In this document: positions 24,040 through 35,552 of the stretch, one piece after another
Position numbering within the stretch: position 1 is the stretch's first letter
Layout: every line of letters begins with the position of its first letter
Assembly: GCF_006345805.1 (NCBI RefSeq)
Contig: NW_021833715.1
Span: 1-56,925 of the forward strand
DNA length: 56,925 nucleotides
Source: Octopus sinensis
Lineage: Eukaryota
Direction of reading: 5' to 3'
Made by a program: the position numbers and the translations under genes
The notes under the pieces: model-generated
Told to the model about the DNA's origin: nothing
The model's input: only the letters and a program-made list of their open reading frames with translations
The model's database searches: none

Positions 24040-25035
24040 GAGAAAATCAAGTGGTAGTGTTGGTGAATCTCAGGAAGCATGGAATCTTTAAGGATTGCAG
24101 TGCTCCGACAACTAACAACCGATGCCGGCAGTCTGTTCATGCTTCAGCGTGTGTATGGAGGGGAGAAAATCAGGTGTGTAGTGTTTGCGAATCTCAGGAA
24201 GCATGGAAGTTTTGAAGGATGCAGTGCTCCGACAACTAACACTGATGCCGGCAGTCTGTTCCATGCTTCAGTGCGTGTTATGGAGGGGAGAAAATCAGGT
24301 GTAGTGTTGGCGAATCTCAGGAAGCATGGAAGTTTTGAAGGATGCAGTGCTCCGACAACTACCAACTGATGTCGGCAGTCTGTTCCACATGCTTCAGCGT
24401 GTGTATGGAGGGGAAGAAAATCAGGTGTAGTGTTGGCGAATCTCAGGAAGCATGGAAGTTTTGAAGGATGCAGTGCTCCGACAACTAACAACTGATGCTG
24501 GCAGTCCTGTTTCCATGCTTCAGCATGTGTATGGAGGGGGAAAATCAGGTTGTAGTGTTGGCGAATCTCAGGAAGCATGGAATTTTTGAAGGATGCAGTG
24601 GCTCCGACAACTAACAACTGATGCCGGCAGTCTGTTCCATGCTTCAGCGTGTGTATGGAGGGGAGAAAATCAGGTGTAGTGTTGGCGAATCTCAGGAAGC
24701 ATGGAAGTTTTGAAGGATGCTGCTCCGACAACTAACAACTGATGCCGGCAGTCTGTTCCATGCTTCAGTGTGTGTATGGAGGGGAGAAAATCAGGTGTAG
24801 TGTTGGCGAATCTCAGGAAGCATGGAAGTTTTGAAGGATGCAGTGCTCCGACAACTAACAACTGATGCCGGCAGTCTGTTCCATGCTTCAGCGTGTGTAT
24901 GGAGGAGAGAAAATCAAGTGTAGTGTTGGCGAATCTCAGGAAGCTGGAAGTTTTGAAGGATGCAGTGCTCCGACAACTAACAACCGATGCCGGCAGTTTG
25001 TTCCACGTTTCAGCAACTCTCAGCGTGAAAAAATA
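24040..25035 (-). repeat. Satellite of about 8 x 122 bp derived from the 3' end of the CR1/L2 LINE
   Basis: Unit GTGTAGTGTTGGCGAATCTC...GGAGGGGAGAAAATCAG recurs at about 24051, 24174, 24299, 24425, 24548, 24675, 24795 and 24917. Its reverse complement encodes AWNRLPASVV. Confidence 0.9.
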
Positions 25036-25422
25036 TAGACTTTAGATGAGTTGTAGTGCACCTGAGCACTGTACACAATTATTATTATTATTATTATTAT
25101 CAAGCCCTTCAAGGTGATGCTGTAGCATGGCAGTAGTCCAATGATCGAAGCAAAATTAAAGAGACACGGATATATATACATACGAATTATTTCTTTATTG
25201 CCCATAAGGGGCTAAATATAGAGAGGACAAAAGGATTAAGTCGATTACATCGACACCAGTGCATAACTGGTACTTAATTTATCGACCCCCAAAAGGATGA
25301 AAGGCAAAGTCGACCTCGGCGGAATTTGAACTCAGAACGGAACGGCAGACAAAATACCGCTAAGCATTTCGCCCGGCGTGCTAACGGTTCTGCCAGCTCA
25401 CCACCTTTTATTTATATATTTA

Positions 25423-25459
<37 letters not shown>

Positions 25460-25740
25460 TCAACAACAATTGAGGAATGGCCTAATAGGCCATTCGACAC
25501 CCACTAGAAAGAGCAGCCAGGACTCAAACCCGCAATTAAGTAGTAATTCAGAAATTAAAAGAAAATTTTAAAACATTTACCCTAATTCATCTTTAGACAA
25601 TGCATTGATTCGGTGTTTTTAATGGCAAACCAGCTTAATTAATTAAATTAAACTAAATCAATCCACTAAAGGCTACACCTCATCAGCGAATTTTTTGCTA
25701 CCCTATATTGATTAATATATATATATATATATATATTTAT

Positions 25741-25851
25741 TATATAGAAGGCTTCTACAGGACTAGTACTGTTTCATTCAAGAGAATCTTCAGTTCCTGA
25801 GATTTCTCTTGAAGAAAACAGTACTAGTCCTGTAGAAGCTCCTTCTATATA
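25741..25851. repeat. Fold-back (about 50-bp arms) embedded in (TA)n
   Basis: CTTCTACAGGACTAGTACTGTTT..TTCAAGAGAATCT / AGATTTCTCTTGAA..AAACAGTACTAGTCCTGTAGAAG. Confidence 0.85.
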
Positions 25852-26647
25852 ATAAATTAATTTTACTCTGCTATGTATTGAGTACCTTACTACTGTGGTT
25901 GACCCCGATCAACCCGGTACCTACATATTTATATATATATATATTATATAACCCATGCGAGCATGGAAAACGGACGTTAAATGATGATATATATATATAT
26001 ATAATACGCTAATGTAAGGTCTGTGTGCATTATTGTTACAGTAAAGACGGCAAACTGGCAGAACTGTTAACCCGCGGTACAAAATGCTTGGCGGCATTTC
26101 ATCCGTCTTTACATTCAGAGTTCAAATTCCGCCGAGGTCGACTCTGCCTTTCATCCTTTCGGGGTTGATTAAATAAGTACCAGTTACGCACTGGGTCGAT
26201 ATAATCGACTTAATCCCTTTGTCTGTCCTTGTTTGTCCCATCTGTGCTCAGCCCCTTGTGGGTAGTAAAGAAATAGGTTCTACTTAAGAAGAGTGGTCCT
26301 GGTGCGCGCACACGCGCATCCGCACTAGCTAATCGTGATTAGGCGATCCTTACTTTGTGTTTTTGTGTTTTATTTACCTTACTCTTTTTACTCTTTTACT
26401 TGTTTCAGTCATTTGACTGCGGCCATGCTGGAGCACCGCCTTTAGTCGAGCAACTCGACCCCGGGACTTATTCTTTTTGTAAGCCCAGTACTTATACTAT
26501 CGGTCTCTTTTTGCCGAACCGCTAAGTGATGGGGACATAAACACACCAGCATTGGTTGTCAAGCAATGCTAGGGGGATAAACACAGACACACAAACACAC
26601 ACACATATATATACATATACACGACAGGCTATATATTCATTTTTGGG

Positions 26648-26870
26648 GGTACTATTTAAGAAGAGTGGTCCCGGTGCGCGCACTCGCGTAGTCGCGCAAG
26701 CTAGTCGTGACTAGTCGATCCTACGACTACCTAGCAAAGTAAATAAAACACAAAATAAATAATTTTTTTACACAAAGTAAATAAAATGCAAAAACACAAA
26801 GTAAGGATCGACTAGTCATGACTAGCTTACGCGAGTGCGCGCACCAGGACCACTCTTGTTAAGTAGTACC
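26648..26870. mobile_element. CpG-rich MITE with long TIRs (GGTACTA...TAGTACC), complete copy 1
   Basis: About 70-bp imperfect terminal inverted repeats around an A-rich spacer. Confidence 0.8.
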
Positions 26871-27081
26871 AATACGGTTTACAAAAAAATCGTCCCTCAA
26901 ATACAAATTAGTGTCCATCCAGAATATTCTGAAACATCCCGAGACATCAAAATCTGCTTGCAATGCCGGTTTCGAATCTACGAAACTATGCCAAATCTAC
27001 ATTAAAGTCGATATTATTATTATTCAACACGTTCTGAGTTCAAATTCCACCGAGGACGACTTTGTTTTTCATCCTTTCGGG

Positions 27082-27291
27082 GGTACTAGTTAAAAAGAGC
27101 GGTCCCGGTGCGCGCATCCGCACTAGCTAGTCGTGACTAGTCGATCCTACAACGACCACCTAGCAAAGTAAATAAAACACAAAGTAAATAAAATGCAAAA
27201 AACAAAAAGGATCGACTAGTCACGGCTAGCTAGCGCGGATGCACGAGTACGCGAGTGCGCGCACCGGGACCACTCCCTCTTAAGTAGTACC
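27082..27291. mobile_element. Same MITE, complete copy 2 (half copies at about 26277-26380 and 28700-28842)
   Basis: Same TIR: GGTACTA..AAGAG.GGTCCCGGTGCGCGC. Confidence 0.8.
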
Positions 27292-27559
27292 AGCTCATAT
27301 ATTTTTACCAACATTTTCTTTCTTTTTTTTTTCATCGTACATAAAAACATTTCTAAAGCCAAGATTATCTTCGAAGGTGGTGGTCACTGAAGAATTAATA
27401 TTCCAAAAATATAATTTCCCCCCCCCCTCATCTGAACCGCTCCACTACACGATTGTTACCCTAATTATGGGCCTAATTGCAGGTCGTGACGAAAGAATGC
27501 CAATTAGTGTATAAGAACATGCGTAGGGAATGAATAAAATGCCCCCAAAAAGCACTCAC

Positions 27560-27690
27560 CCTTGTTACGAAGAAGCTTAATGGAAATGACTTTGGTTTAA
27601 GCGTGAGGTTTTCTGTCAGCGAACGCCATGATGACGGTGAATCGTTGAAATGTTTCCCTTGTTGAAATATTTTCCGGATATACTGGAAGG
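27560..27690 (-). other. CHCHD5: Candidate non-coding first exon of CHCHD5
   Basis: Unique, non-repeat sequence ending in a strong donor AAGG|GTGAGT (intron starts 27559). It lies upstream of the 19429 acceptor. The 5' boundary is approximate. Confidence 0.4.
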
Positions 27691-27889
27691 AGGAAGATAA
27701 GGGAGATAACATATTTTCTTCTTGAAGGCCAGATTTTCCTAGTTAACTAAGGAAATTTGAAAAGATTCGAATATTTATTTGAATGACAAAGTAAGCTTTG
27801 AGTTGCTGTGGAAAGAGATGTGTTCTAATGTTCCAGCAAGAATTATGTATCGTGTGTCTGTGTGTCGATATATATTTTGGGTATATGGG

Positions 27890-28110
27890 CGGCGAGCTGG
27901 CAGAAACGTTAGCACGCCGGGCGAAATGCTTAGCGGTATTTCGTCTGCTACTACGTTCTGGGTTCAAATTCCGCCGAGTCGACTTTGCCTTTCATTCCTT
28001 TCGGGTCCGATAAATTTAGTACCAGTTACGCACGGGGTCGTGTAATCGACTTAATCCGTTTGTCTTCCTTGTTGTCCTCTCTGTGTTTACCCCTTGTGGT
28101 AGTAAAGAAA
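27890..28110 (+). mobile_element. tRNA-like SINE family B (about 230 bp), representative copy
   Basis: GGCGAGCTGGCAGAAACGTTAGC head, GTTCAAATTCC B-box, CTTTCATCCTTTCGGGGTCG..AAGTACCAG body. Other copies near 170, 600, 7370, 9575, 22075, 25185, 26045, 36940, 47243, 52215. Confidence 0.85.
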
Positions 28111-28849
28111 TAGGTATTCGTCTGATTTCTGGGTTCAAATTGACTTTGCCTTTCATCCTTTCGGGTCGATAAATAAGTACCAGTTACGCACTGGGTCATG
28201 TAATCGCTAATCTTCGTGTCCTTGTTTCTCCCCTCTGTGTTTGGCCCCTTGTGGGTAATAAAGAAATAGGTATATTTTGGACATATATTTGCGTGTTTGT
28301 ATGTATATGTATGTGTGTGTATGTATACATACGTGTGTATATCTGCCCAAGACTATATGTGTGTGTGTGTGTGTGTGTGGATATATATTTGCGTGTGCAT
28401 GGGTTCGTGTATATTTGCGCGTATATATGTGTGTGTATAGGCGTAGGAGTGGCTGTGTGGTAAGTAGCTTGCTTACCAACCACATGGTTCCGGGTTCATT
28501 CCCACTGCGTGGCATCTTGGGCAAGTGTCTTCTACTATAGCCTTGGGCCGACCAAAGCCTTGTGAGTGGATTTGGTCGACGGAGACTGAAAGAAGCCCGT
28601 CGTATATATGTATATATATTTTTCAATAATAATAATAAGGGTAAAATTAATCAATTAATTAATTAGTAATTAATAATTTGGACAAGGAGACTAAAACACA
28701 AAAACACAAAGGAAATAATTTTTCTAGACAAAGTAAATGAAATACAAAAACACAAGGTAAGGATCAAATAGTCACGACTAGCTAGGGCGGATGCGCGAGT
28801 ACGCGAGTGCGCGCACCGGGACCACTCTTCATAAGTAGTACCCTAGTTT

Positions 28850-29261
28850 GGATCTTTTCCTTTTGAACGGCAGTTTGTAACATAATTTCTAGGTAACCAA
28901 AAAGTTTTAAACTTCGTATACTGGTAGAATTACGTTAAACAAACAAATTACATTTTTCTCAAGAAAGCCAAGAGAAAAAAAATGTTTTATTTTGACACAT
29001 TCTACCAGTATACGAAGTTTAAAAGTGTTTAGTTAACTAGAAATTGTCTGCCGTTCAAAAGGAAAGACCCCCCCCCCCTGGTTTTATTTTATAGTTTTAA
29101 ACTTCGTATACTGGTAGAATTACGTTAAACAAACAAATTACATTTTTCTCAAGAAAGCCAAGAGAAAAAAAATGTTTTATTTTGACACATTCTACCAGTA
29201 TACGAAGTTTTAAAGTGTTTGGTTAACTAGAAATTGTGTGCCGTTCAAAAGGAAAAGATCC
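28850..29261. mobile_element. Second palindromic MITE (about 220 bp) with partial tandem duplication
   Basis: TIR GGATCTTTTCCTTTTGAACGGCA / TGCCGTTCAAAAGGAAAAGATCC. Internal AAACTTCGTATACTGGTAGAAT inverted repeat; right part repeated at about 29095-29261. Confidence 0.75.
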
Positions 29262-29488
29262 CCCTGGTTTTATTTTAATTGACGCCGCTATAGGTAAAGG
29301 TTGCCTGAGGCGGCGTTAAAACGTGTGTGCCAGAATGTATGTGCGTGCGTGCGTCTGTGCAGAATAGCGTGTACTGTGACATACACACACACACATACGC
29401 ACACACACATTGGTCTTTGCAAAGCACCATGGTGACAATGTACAGCGCCACTCAGCGGACACTAATCCGTTACGTTGTTGTTGTTAGT

Positions 29489-29502
29489 GTTACCATGGAA
29501 AC
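29489..29502. promoter_or_regulatory. RFX X-box GTTACCATGGAAAC
   Basis: 14-bp match to the X-box consensus GTYNCYATRGNAAC. A weaker X-box-like site (AGCACCATGGTGAC) is at 29423-29436. Lies in a CpG-containing unique island. Confidence 0.7.
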
Positions 29503-29563
29503 CGGCCGAGACTGATACATGTTACATACAGACAGAAGAGCTAATATTTTGCATCAAAAACCG
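29503..29563 (+). other. Candidate non-coding first exon of the plus-strand gene
   Basis: Directly follows the X-box and ends in a CCG|GTATGT donor. The start is approximate. Confidence 0.4.
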
Positions 29564-32539
29564 GTATGTATATATTTATATGTATATATTGGAAGGTCTG
29601 GAGATGATGTACAGGTATTATATATTAGAAGAAATGAGGTTATCAGAAAATCGGATGGTTTTATATTTATAGATATTTATTTGTATACTCTCTTTTCTCT
29701 TTTCTCTCTTTTACTTGTTTCAGTCATTTGACTGCGGCCATGCTGCAGCACCGCCTTTAGTCGAGCAAATCGACCCCGGGACTTATTCTTTTGTAAGCCC
29801 AGTACTTATTCTATCGGTCTCTTTTGCCGAACCGCTATGTGACGGGGACGTAAACACACCAGCATCGGTTGTCAAGCAATGCTAGGGGAACAAACACAGA
29901 CACACAAACAAACACACATACATATATATATACGACAGGCTTCTTTCAGTTTCCGTCTACCAAATCCACTCACAAGGCATTGGTCGGCCCGGGGCTATAG
30001 CAGAAGACACTTGCCCAAGATGCCACGCAGTGGGACTGAACCCGGAACCAAGTGCTCCCTCTCTCACTTTCTCCTCATCCATCACCCTCTTGTGCTGTCT
30101 TATATTCCTCCCCACCACTACAAACTCAATACCACTATAAAATAGTCAAAACTCTTCACACAGGAACTTAGTTTGATTTGAAAACCCCACTAGAATGGGA
30201 GAAAGCGCTAATACATGATCTAAGTTATATGATATATAAAAAAACATGTTATATACAAATAAATATAAACCATCCGATTTTCTGAGTACCTCATTTCTTC
30301 TAATATATATATTTATATATATATATATAATATATATATATTTATATATATATATATATATCTATATATATATGTGTGTGTGTGGTGTGTGTGTGTAAAT
30401 TATATATTGTATACATTATATCGTTTTATATATATACCTATATGTATTTGTGTTCGGACGTCTCTGAATCTTCAGAGAACATTTTGTTGTTTGTGATGGT
30501 GGTGATGATGATGTCAATTATTGTTTACCAATTTCAAGCCATCTCTGTCCGTTGGATTTATGATGATTATTCTGTTTTGGTTATAATTATTCTGTTTCGA
30601 TTTTAGCTAAGGTCTTGATGTCATCCGCCGCCGTCGCCTGGCACGCAGCGGCAACAGAGAAAACTACGTTTCGTTCATATGTGTGTGTATGTGTCTGTGT
30701 GTGTACTAGTTATAAATATTCAAATCATATCACACATATCTCACACGCAGACACATACATACACGTACACATATTTTATTATATTATGAAAAACGATAAA
30801 CGTCGCCCTTTTCATGGGCCCAGTTTCCCGGTTTCTGTGACTGCGAAGACCCAACAAATAATGTGAGTTCATGGCTGCTTTCTGCACCAGTTTCACATAG
30901 CAACCCCAGCCCATCCAAAGTACCTTGGATCGCAGAACGGCCTGCTGTGCTTACCTTGGATCGTAGGGTGACCTGCTGTGCTTGAGGAGACCTACTGAGT
31001 CAAGTACATCAACATCAAAATAAAAATCAAATGGAAATAGCAGTTGTGATCCCTGTGCCGGTGGCACATAAAAAGAACCCACTACACTCACGGAGTGGTT
31101 GGCGTTAGGAAGGGCATCCAGCTGTAGAAACACTGCCAGATCAGACTGGAGCCTGGTGCAGCCTCCTGGCTTCCCAGACCCCGGTTGAACCGTCCAACCC
31201 ATGCCAGCATGGAAAACGGACGCTAAACGATGATGATGATGCTCATTGCTCTTGTGCATTTTCCACTTACAAATACTACTTTCTCCATTAGCATTCCTGT
31301 GACCCCAATGCACTTCTTGTGTACCATAGCTTGCACTTGGTACATCATATGGAATTCCTGGCCACACCTTTCCCTAATTCCGAGCAGAATCATTTACCTG
31401 AAGAGAATAGAATCCTGCCTCTTTTCCTACTTAGTAGAACTTTAAGGCCTTTGGTTCCAGGTTTTGTTTCCACCCTTAGCTTCTTCAGAGACCACTATGT
31501 AACAGCAGAAATCGATTTATAATCAATATTATGATTTGTGGTTTTGTACCAATTGTAACGGTAGAGATTGATTTGTAAACAATATTGATGAAATGTTGTG
31601 GTCAGCAGATGCAACGATCAAAAGCTCTTGTTATAATTGTTTACTGTCGGATGTGTAAGATAGACAATGCATAAAGTTTTAAGAAAGTATTCATTTACTG
31701 TTACGTTACAAATGCCTTGGCTCGACAGGCAGGTTATGATAAATCCAAAAGCATGCGAAGTAAAGTTTGAGTTTGTGTCTTCTTCATTGTTTAGTAGTAA
31801 TTAGAGAGAGAGAAATAGAATGATGTTGTAAGAGAACAGAATTAGAGCTAGAGGGGAATTGTAGGGTGTTGTCTTACACTCTCTTTTACGTGTTTCAGTC
31901 ATTTGACTGTGGCCATGCTGGAGCACCGCCTTTAGTCGAGCAACTCAACCCCGGAACTTATTCTTTGTAAGCCCAGTACTTATTCTATCGGTTCTTTTTC
32001 CGAACCGCTAAGTGACGGAGACATAAACACACCAGCATCGGTTGTCAAGCAATGCTAGAGGGACAAACACAGACACACAAACATACACGCACACGTACAT
32101 ATATATACATATATACGACAGGCTTCTTTCAGTTTCTGTCTACCAAATCCACTCATAAGGCTTTGGTCGACCCGAGGCTATAGTAAAAGACACTTGCCCA
32201 AGTGCCACGCTGTGGGACTGAACCCGGAACCATGTGGTTGGTAAGCAAGCTACTGACCACACAGCCACTCCTACACCTACAGTTGCTTTCTCCCTCTGAC
32301 CAAGGTTCTAGCTGGTCAGCCAGACATTGTTGCATCATCACCGACTGTGACTAACTCCATTGAGTCATCACAGACTGTGACAAACTGATTTTTGCTTGGG
32401 GTGTGCTTGCTTTTATAACTATCCAGAAGGATAGATATATAGCATTGAGGACAATAGATTTAGTTGGTGGTCTTGTTATCTCTATTCTAGCTTTTGGTGA
32501 AGTAGAAGAGGTTAGAAAGGGTCAAGTGTTGAAGACATT

Positions 32540-32830
32540 ATTTCGGCCTAGCTAAAGGCATCTGGAAAATGTAAAACTGCTGTCAGAGAAAAACCATTGT
32601 TCCACCATGGGAACAGTTCTGTTGCAGCGTTGATTTAAATTGGAATTTAGCTATGGTGGATCAAATCCACATCATGCACACAAGATTCACTACAACTATA
32701 TCTGAGAACAAGGGATTCTGTTGAAGGCTTTCTCTAGGTCAATGAATGCCAAATACATTGACTTATTCTTAGTTAAATACTTCTGACAAAGAAAACGGTG
32801 TCACTAATACTTCTTGCTGCATCTCATCTA
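32540..32830 (-). mobile_element. Degenerate LINE RT fragment
   Basis: Reads YLAFIDLEKAFNRIP on the minus strand. A similar DLEKAFNRVP remnant lies near 35940-35980. Confidence 0.6.
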
Positions 32831-32979
32831 GTTTTGATTCTATCCCTAATAAATTGGGCTATGACCCTTGCTGTTAGTGTCATGACTTCGTCCAGCAATT
32901 TGATATCTCTGGTGCCACATAAAAAGCACTGGTGATGGTGCCTTGTAAAAAGCCAAGTCTGGTTAGTTCACTGTTATCA

Positions 32980-34520
32980 GTTCACTGCAGGGAAAGTTCA
33001 CCATAAGGAATGTTCACTGCAGGGAAAGTTCACCAGAAGGAATGTTCAGTGCAGGGAAAGTTCACCAGAAGGAATGTTCAGTGCAGGGAAGGTTCACCAG
33101 AAGGAATGTTCAGTGCAGGGAAGGTTCACCAGAAGGAATGTTCAGTGCAGGGAAAGTTCACCAGAAGGAATGTTCACTGCAGGGAAGGTTCACCAGAAGG
33201 AATGTTTAGTGCAGGGAAGGTTCACCAGAAGGAATGTTCAGTGCAGGGAAAGTTCACCAGAAGGAATGTTCAGTGCAGGGAAGGTTCACCAGAAGGAATG
33301 TTCAGTGCAGGGAAAGTTCACCATAAGGAATGTTCACTGCAGGGAAAGTTCACCAGAAGGAATGTTCACCACAAGGAATGTTCACTGCAGGGAAAGTTCA
33401 CCATAAAGAATGTTCACTCCAGGGAAAGTTCACCAGAAGGAATGTTCCGTGTGAAGAATGTTCACTGCAGGGAAAGTTCACCATAAGGAATGTTCAGTGT
33501 GAAGAATGTTCACCACAAGGAAAGTTCACCATAAGGAATGTTCACTGCAGGGAAAGTTCACCAGGAGGAATGTTCAGTGTGAAGAATGTTCACCACAAGG
33601 AAAGTTCACCATAAGGAATGTTCACTGCAGGGAAAGTTCACCAGAAGGAATGTTCACCACAAGGAATGTTCACTGCAGGGAAAGTTCACCATAAAGAATG
33701 TTCACTGCAGGGAAAGTTCACCAGAAGGAATGTTCACTGCAGGGAAGGTTCACCAGAAGGAATGTTCACTGCAGGGAAAGTTCACCATAAGGAATGTTCA
33801 CTGCAGGGAAAGTTCACCAAAAGGAATGTTCAGTGTGAAGAATGTTCACTGCAGGGAAAGTTCACCATAAGGAATGTTCACTGCAGGGAAAGTTCACCAT
33901 AAGGAAAGTTCACCAGAAGGAATGTTCAGTGTGAAGAATGTTCACCACAAGGAAAGTTCACCATAAGGAATGTTCACTGCAGGGAAAGTTCACCAGAAGG
34001 AATGTTCACCACAAGGAATGTTCACTGCAGGGAAAGTTCACCATAAAGAATGTTCACTGCAGGGAAAGTTCACCAGAAGGAATGTTCACTGCAGGGAAGG
34101 TTCACCAGAAGGAATGTTCACTGCAGGGAAAGTTCACCATAAGGAATGTTCACTGCAGGGAAAGTTCACCAGAAGGAATGTTCAGTGTGAAGAATGTTCA
34201 CTGCAGGGAAAGTTCACCATAAGGAATGTTCACTGCAGGGAAAGTTCACCATAAGGAATGTTCACTCCAGGGAAAGTTCACCAGAAGGAATGTTCCGTGT
34301 GAAGAATGTTCACTGCAGGGAAAGTTCACCATAAGGAATGTTCACTGCAGGGAAAGTTCACCATAAGGAATGTTCACTGCAGGGAAAGTTCACCATAAGG
34401 AATGTTCACTGCAGGGAAAGTTCACCATAAGGAATGTTCACTGCAGGGAAAGTTCACCAGAAGGAATGTTCAGTGTGAAGAACGTTCACCACATGGAATG
34501 TTTATGGAGAGAAAAGTTCA
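32980..34520. repeat. 16-bp minisatellite (about 95 monomers) with 32-bp dimer and 352-bp higher-order repeat
   Basis: Alternating GGAATGTTCACTGCAG / GGAAAGTTCACCAGAA plus variants. Blocks at 33586 and 33938 recur with a 352-bp offset. Confidence 0.92.
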
Positions 34521-35204
34521 CAGTAAAAGAATAAAGAAAAACTTTCTTCACCGCGAATTGATGGCAGTAAACACTCCTGCGAGTAAAGAGGCTGGTACTA
34601 GAAAGGGCACCCTGCTGTAGAGCAAGCCAAAAATGCTAGCTCCTGTCAAGCCGTTCCACCCATGCTGGCATGTAAAATTGATGTTAAATGATGATGAGGA
34701 TGATGATGATGTAATTGTTTCTATATAAAACAACTCTTTTACTCTTGTAACGGCTGATTAAAATGGAATTTAGGAAATATTCATATATACATACACACAC
34801 TCAAACAACACATATATACACACACATGATATACATACATTCATATGTTATCATCATCATCATTTAACGTCCATTTTTCATGTTAGCATGGGTTGGATGG
34901 TTCGACTGGGGTCTGGGAAGCCAGAAGGCTGCACCAGGCTCCAGTCTGATCTGGCAGTGTTTCTACAGCTGGATGCCCTTCTTAACACCAACCACTCCGT
35001 GAGTGTAGTGGGTGCTTTTTACATGCCACCGGCACAGGTGCCAGGGGAGGCTGGCAACGGCCACGATCAGTTGGTGAAATATATAGATATATTGTTGGCA
35101 TCCTTTTTGTCTCGGGAGACAATGGAGTTGCGCATAAAATAGTCCAGTCCGGCTTTTACATTTCATGTCCTGATACATTTCCTGCTGTGGCTGTGTAGTC
35201 CTAT

Positions 35205-35520
35205 CCTGACAAACACTCCCTCTGGCAGGTACCGCAAATGTAGCGAAGACTGTTCCTGGCTGGTTGTAATGTCATAGTTTCTTGTTGACGTCTTTTCTTG
35301 TCTTTCCATTTCTCTCTGTCACTCCTTTGTGTTCCCTGTTTTACGGTACGTCGCCAATCTCCACGGTTGCTGGCAACTGCTTCCCAATTGCTAATATTGA
35401 TGTTGCAGGCCTTCATGTCCCTTTTGCAAACATCCTTGTAGCGTAAGAACGGTCTACCCACAGACCTAGTACCCCTAGCAAGCTCTCCGTAGAGTATGTC
35501 CTTGGAGATTCTGCCATCTT
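35205..35520 (-). mobile_element. RTE/BovB-like LINE 3' fragment
   Basis: ILYGELARGTRSVGRPFLRYKDVCKRDM, WEAVASNRGDWR and a CGTC..C zinc-finger start. Confidence 0.8.

Positions 35521-35552
<32 letters not shown>

Noticed and set aside
30820-30870. AAT|GTGAGT as a plus-strand first-exon donor
   Set aside because: The preceding sequence is a fragment of a dispersed repeat (also near 36340 and 55750), so it is not good evidence of an exon.
24040-34520. Regular arrays (122-bp and 16/32-bp) as CRISPR-like loci or repetitive proteins
   Set aside because: No unique spacers or cas genes, eukaryotic context, and unit lengths not multiples of 3, so the ORFs are incidental.
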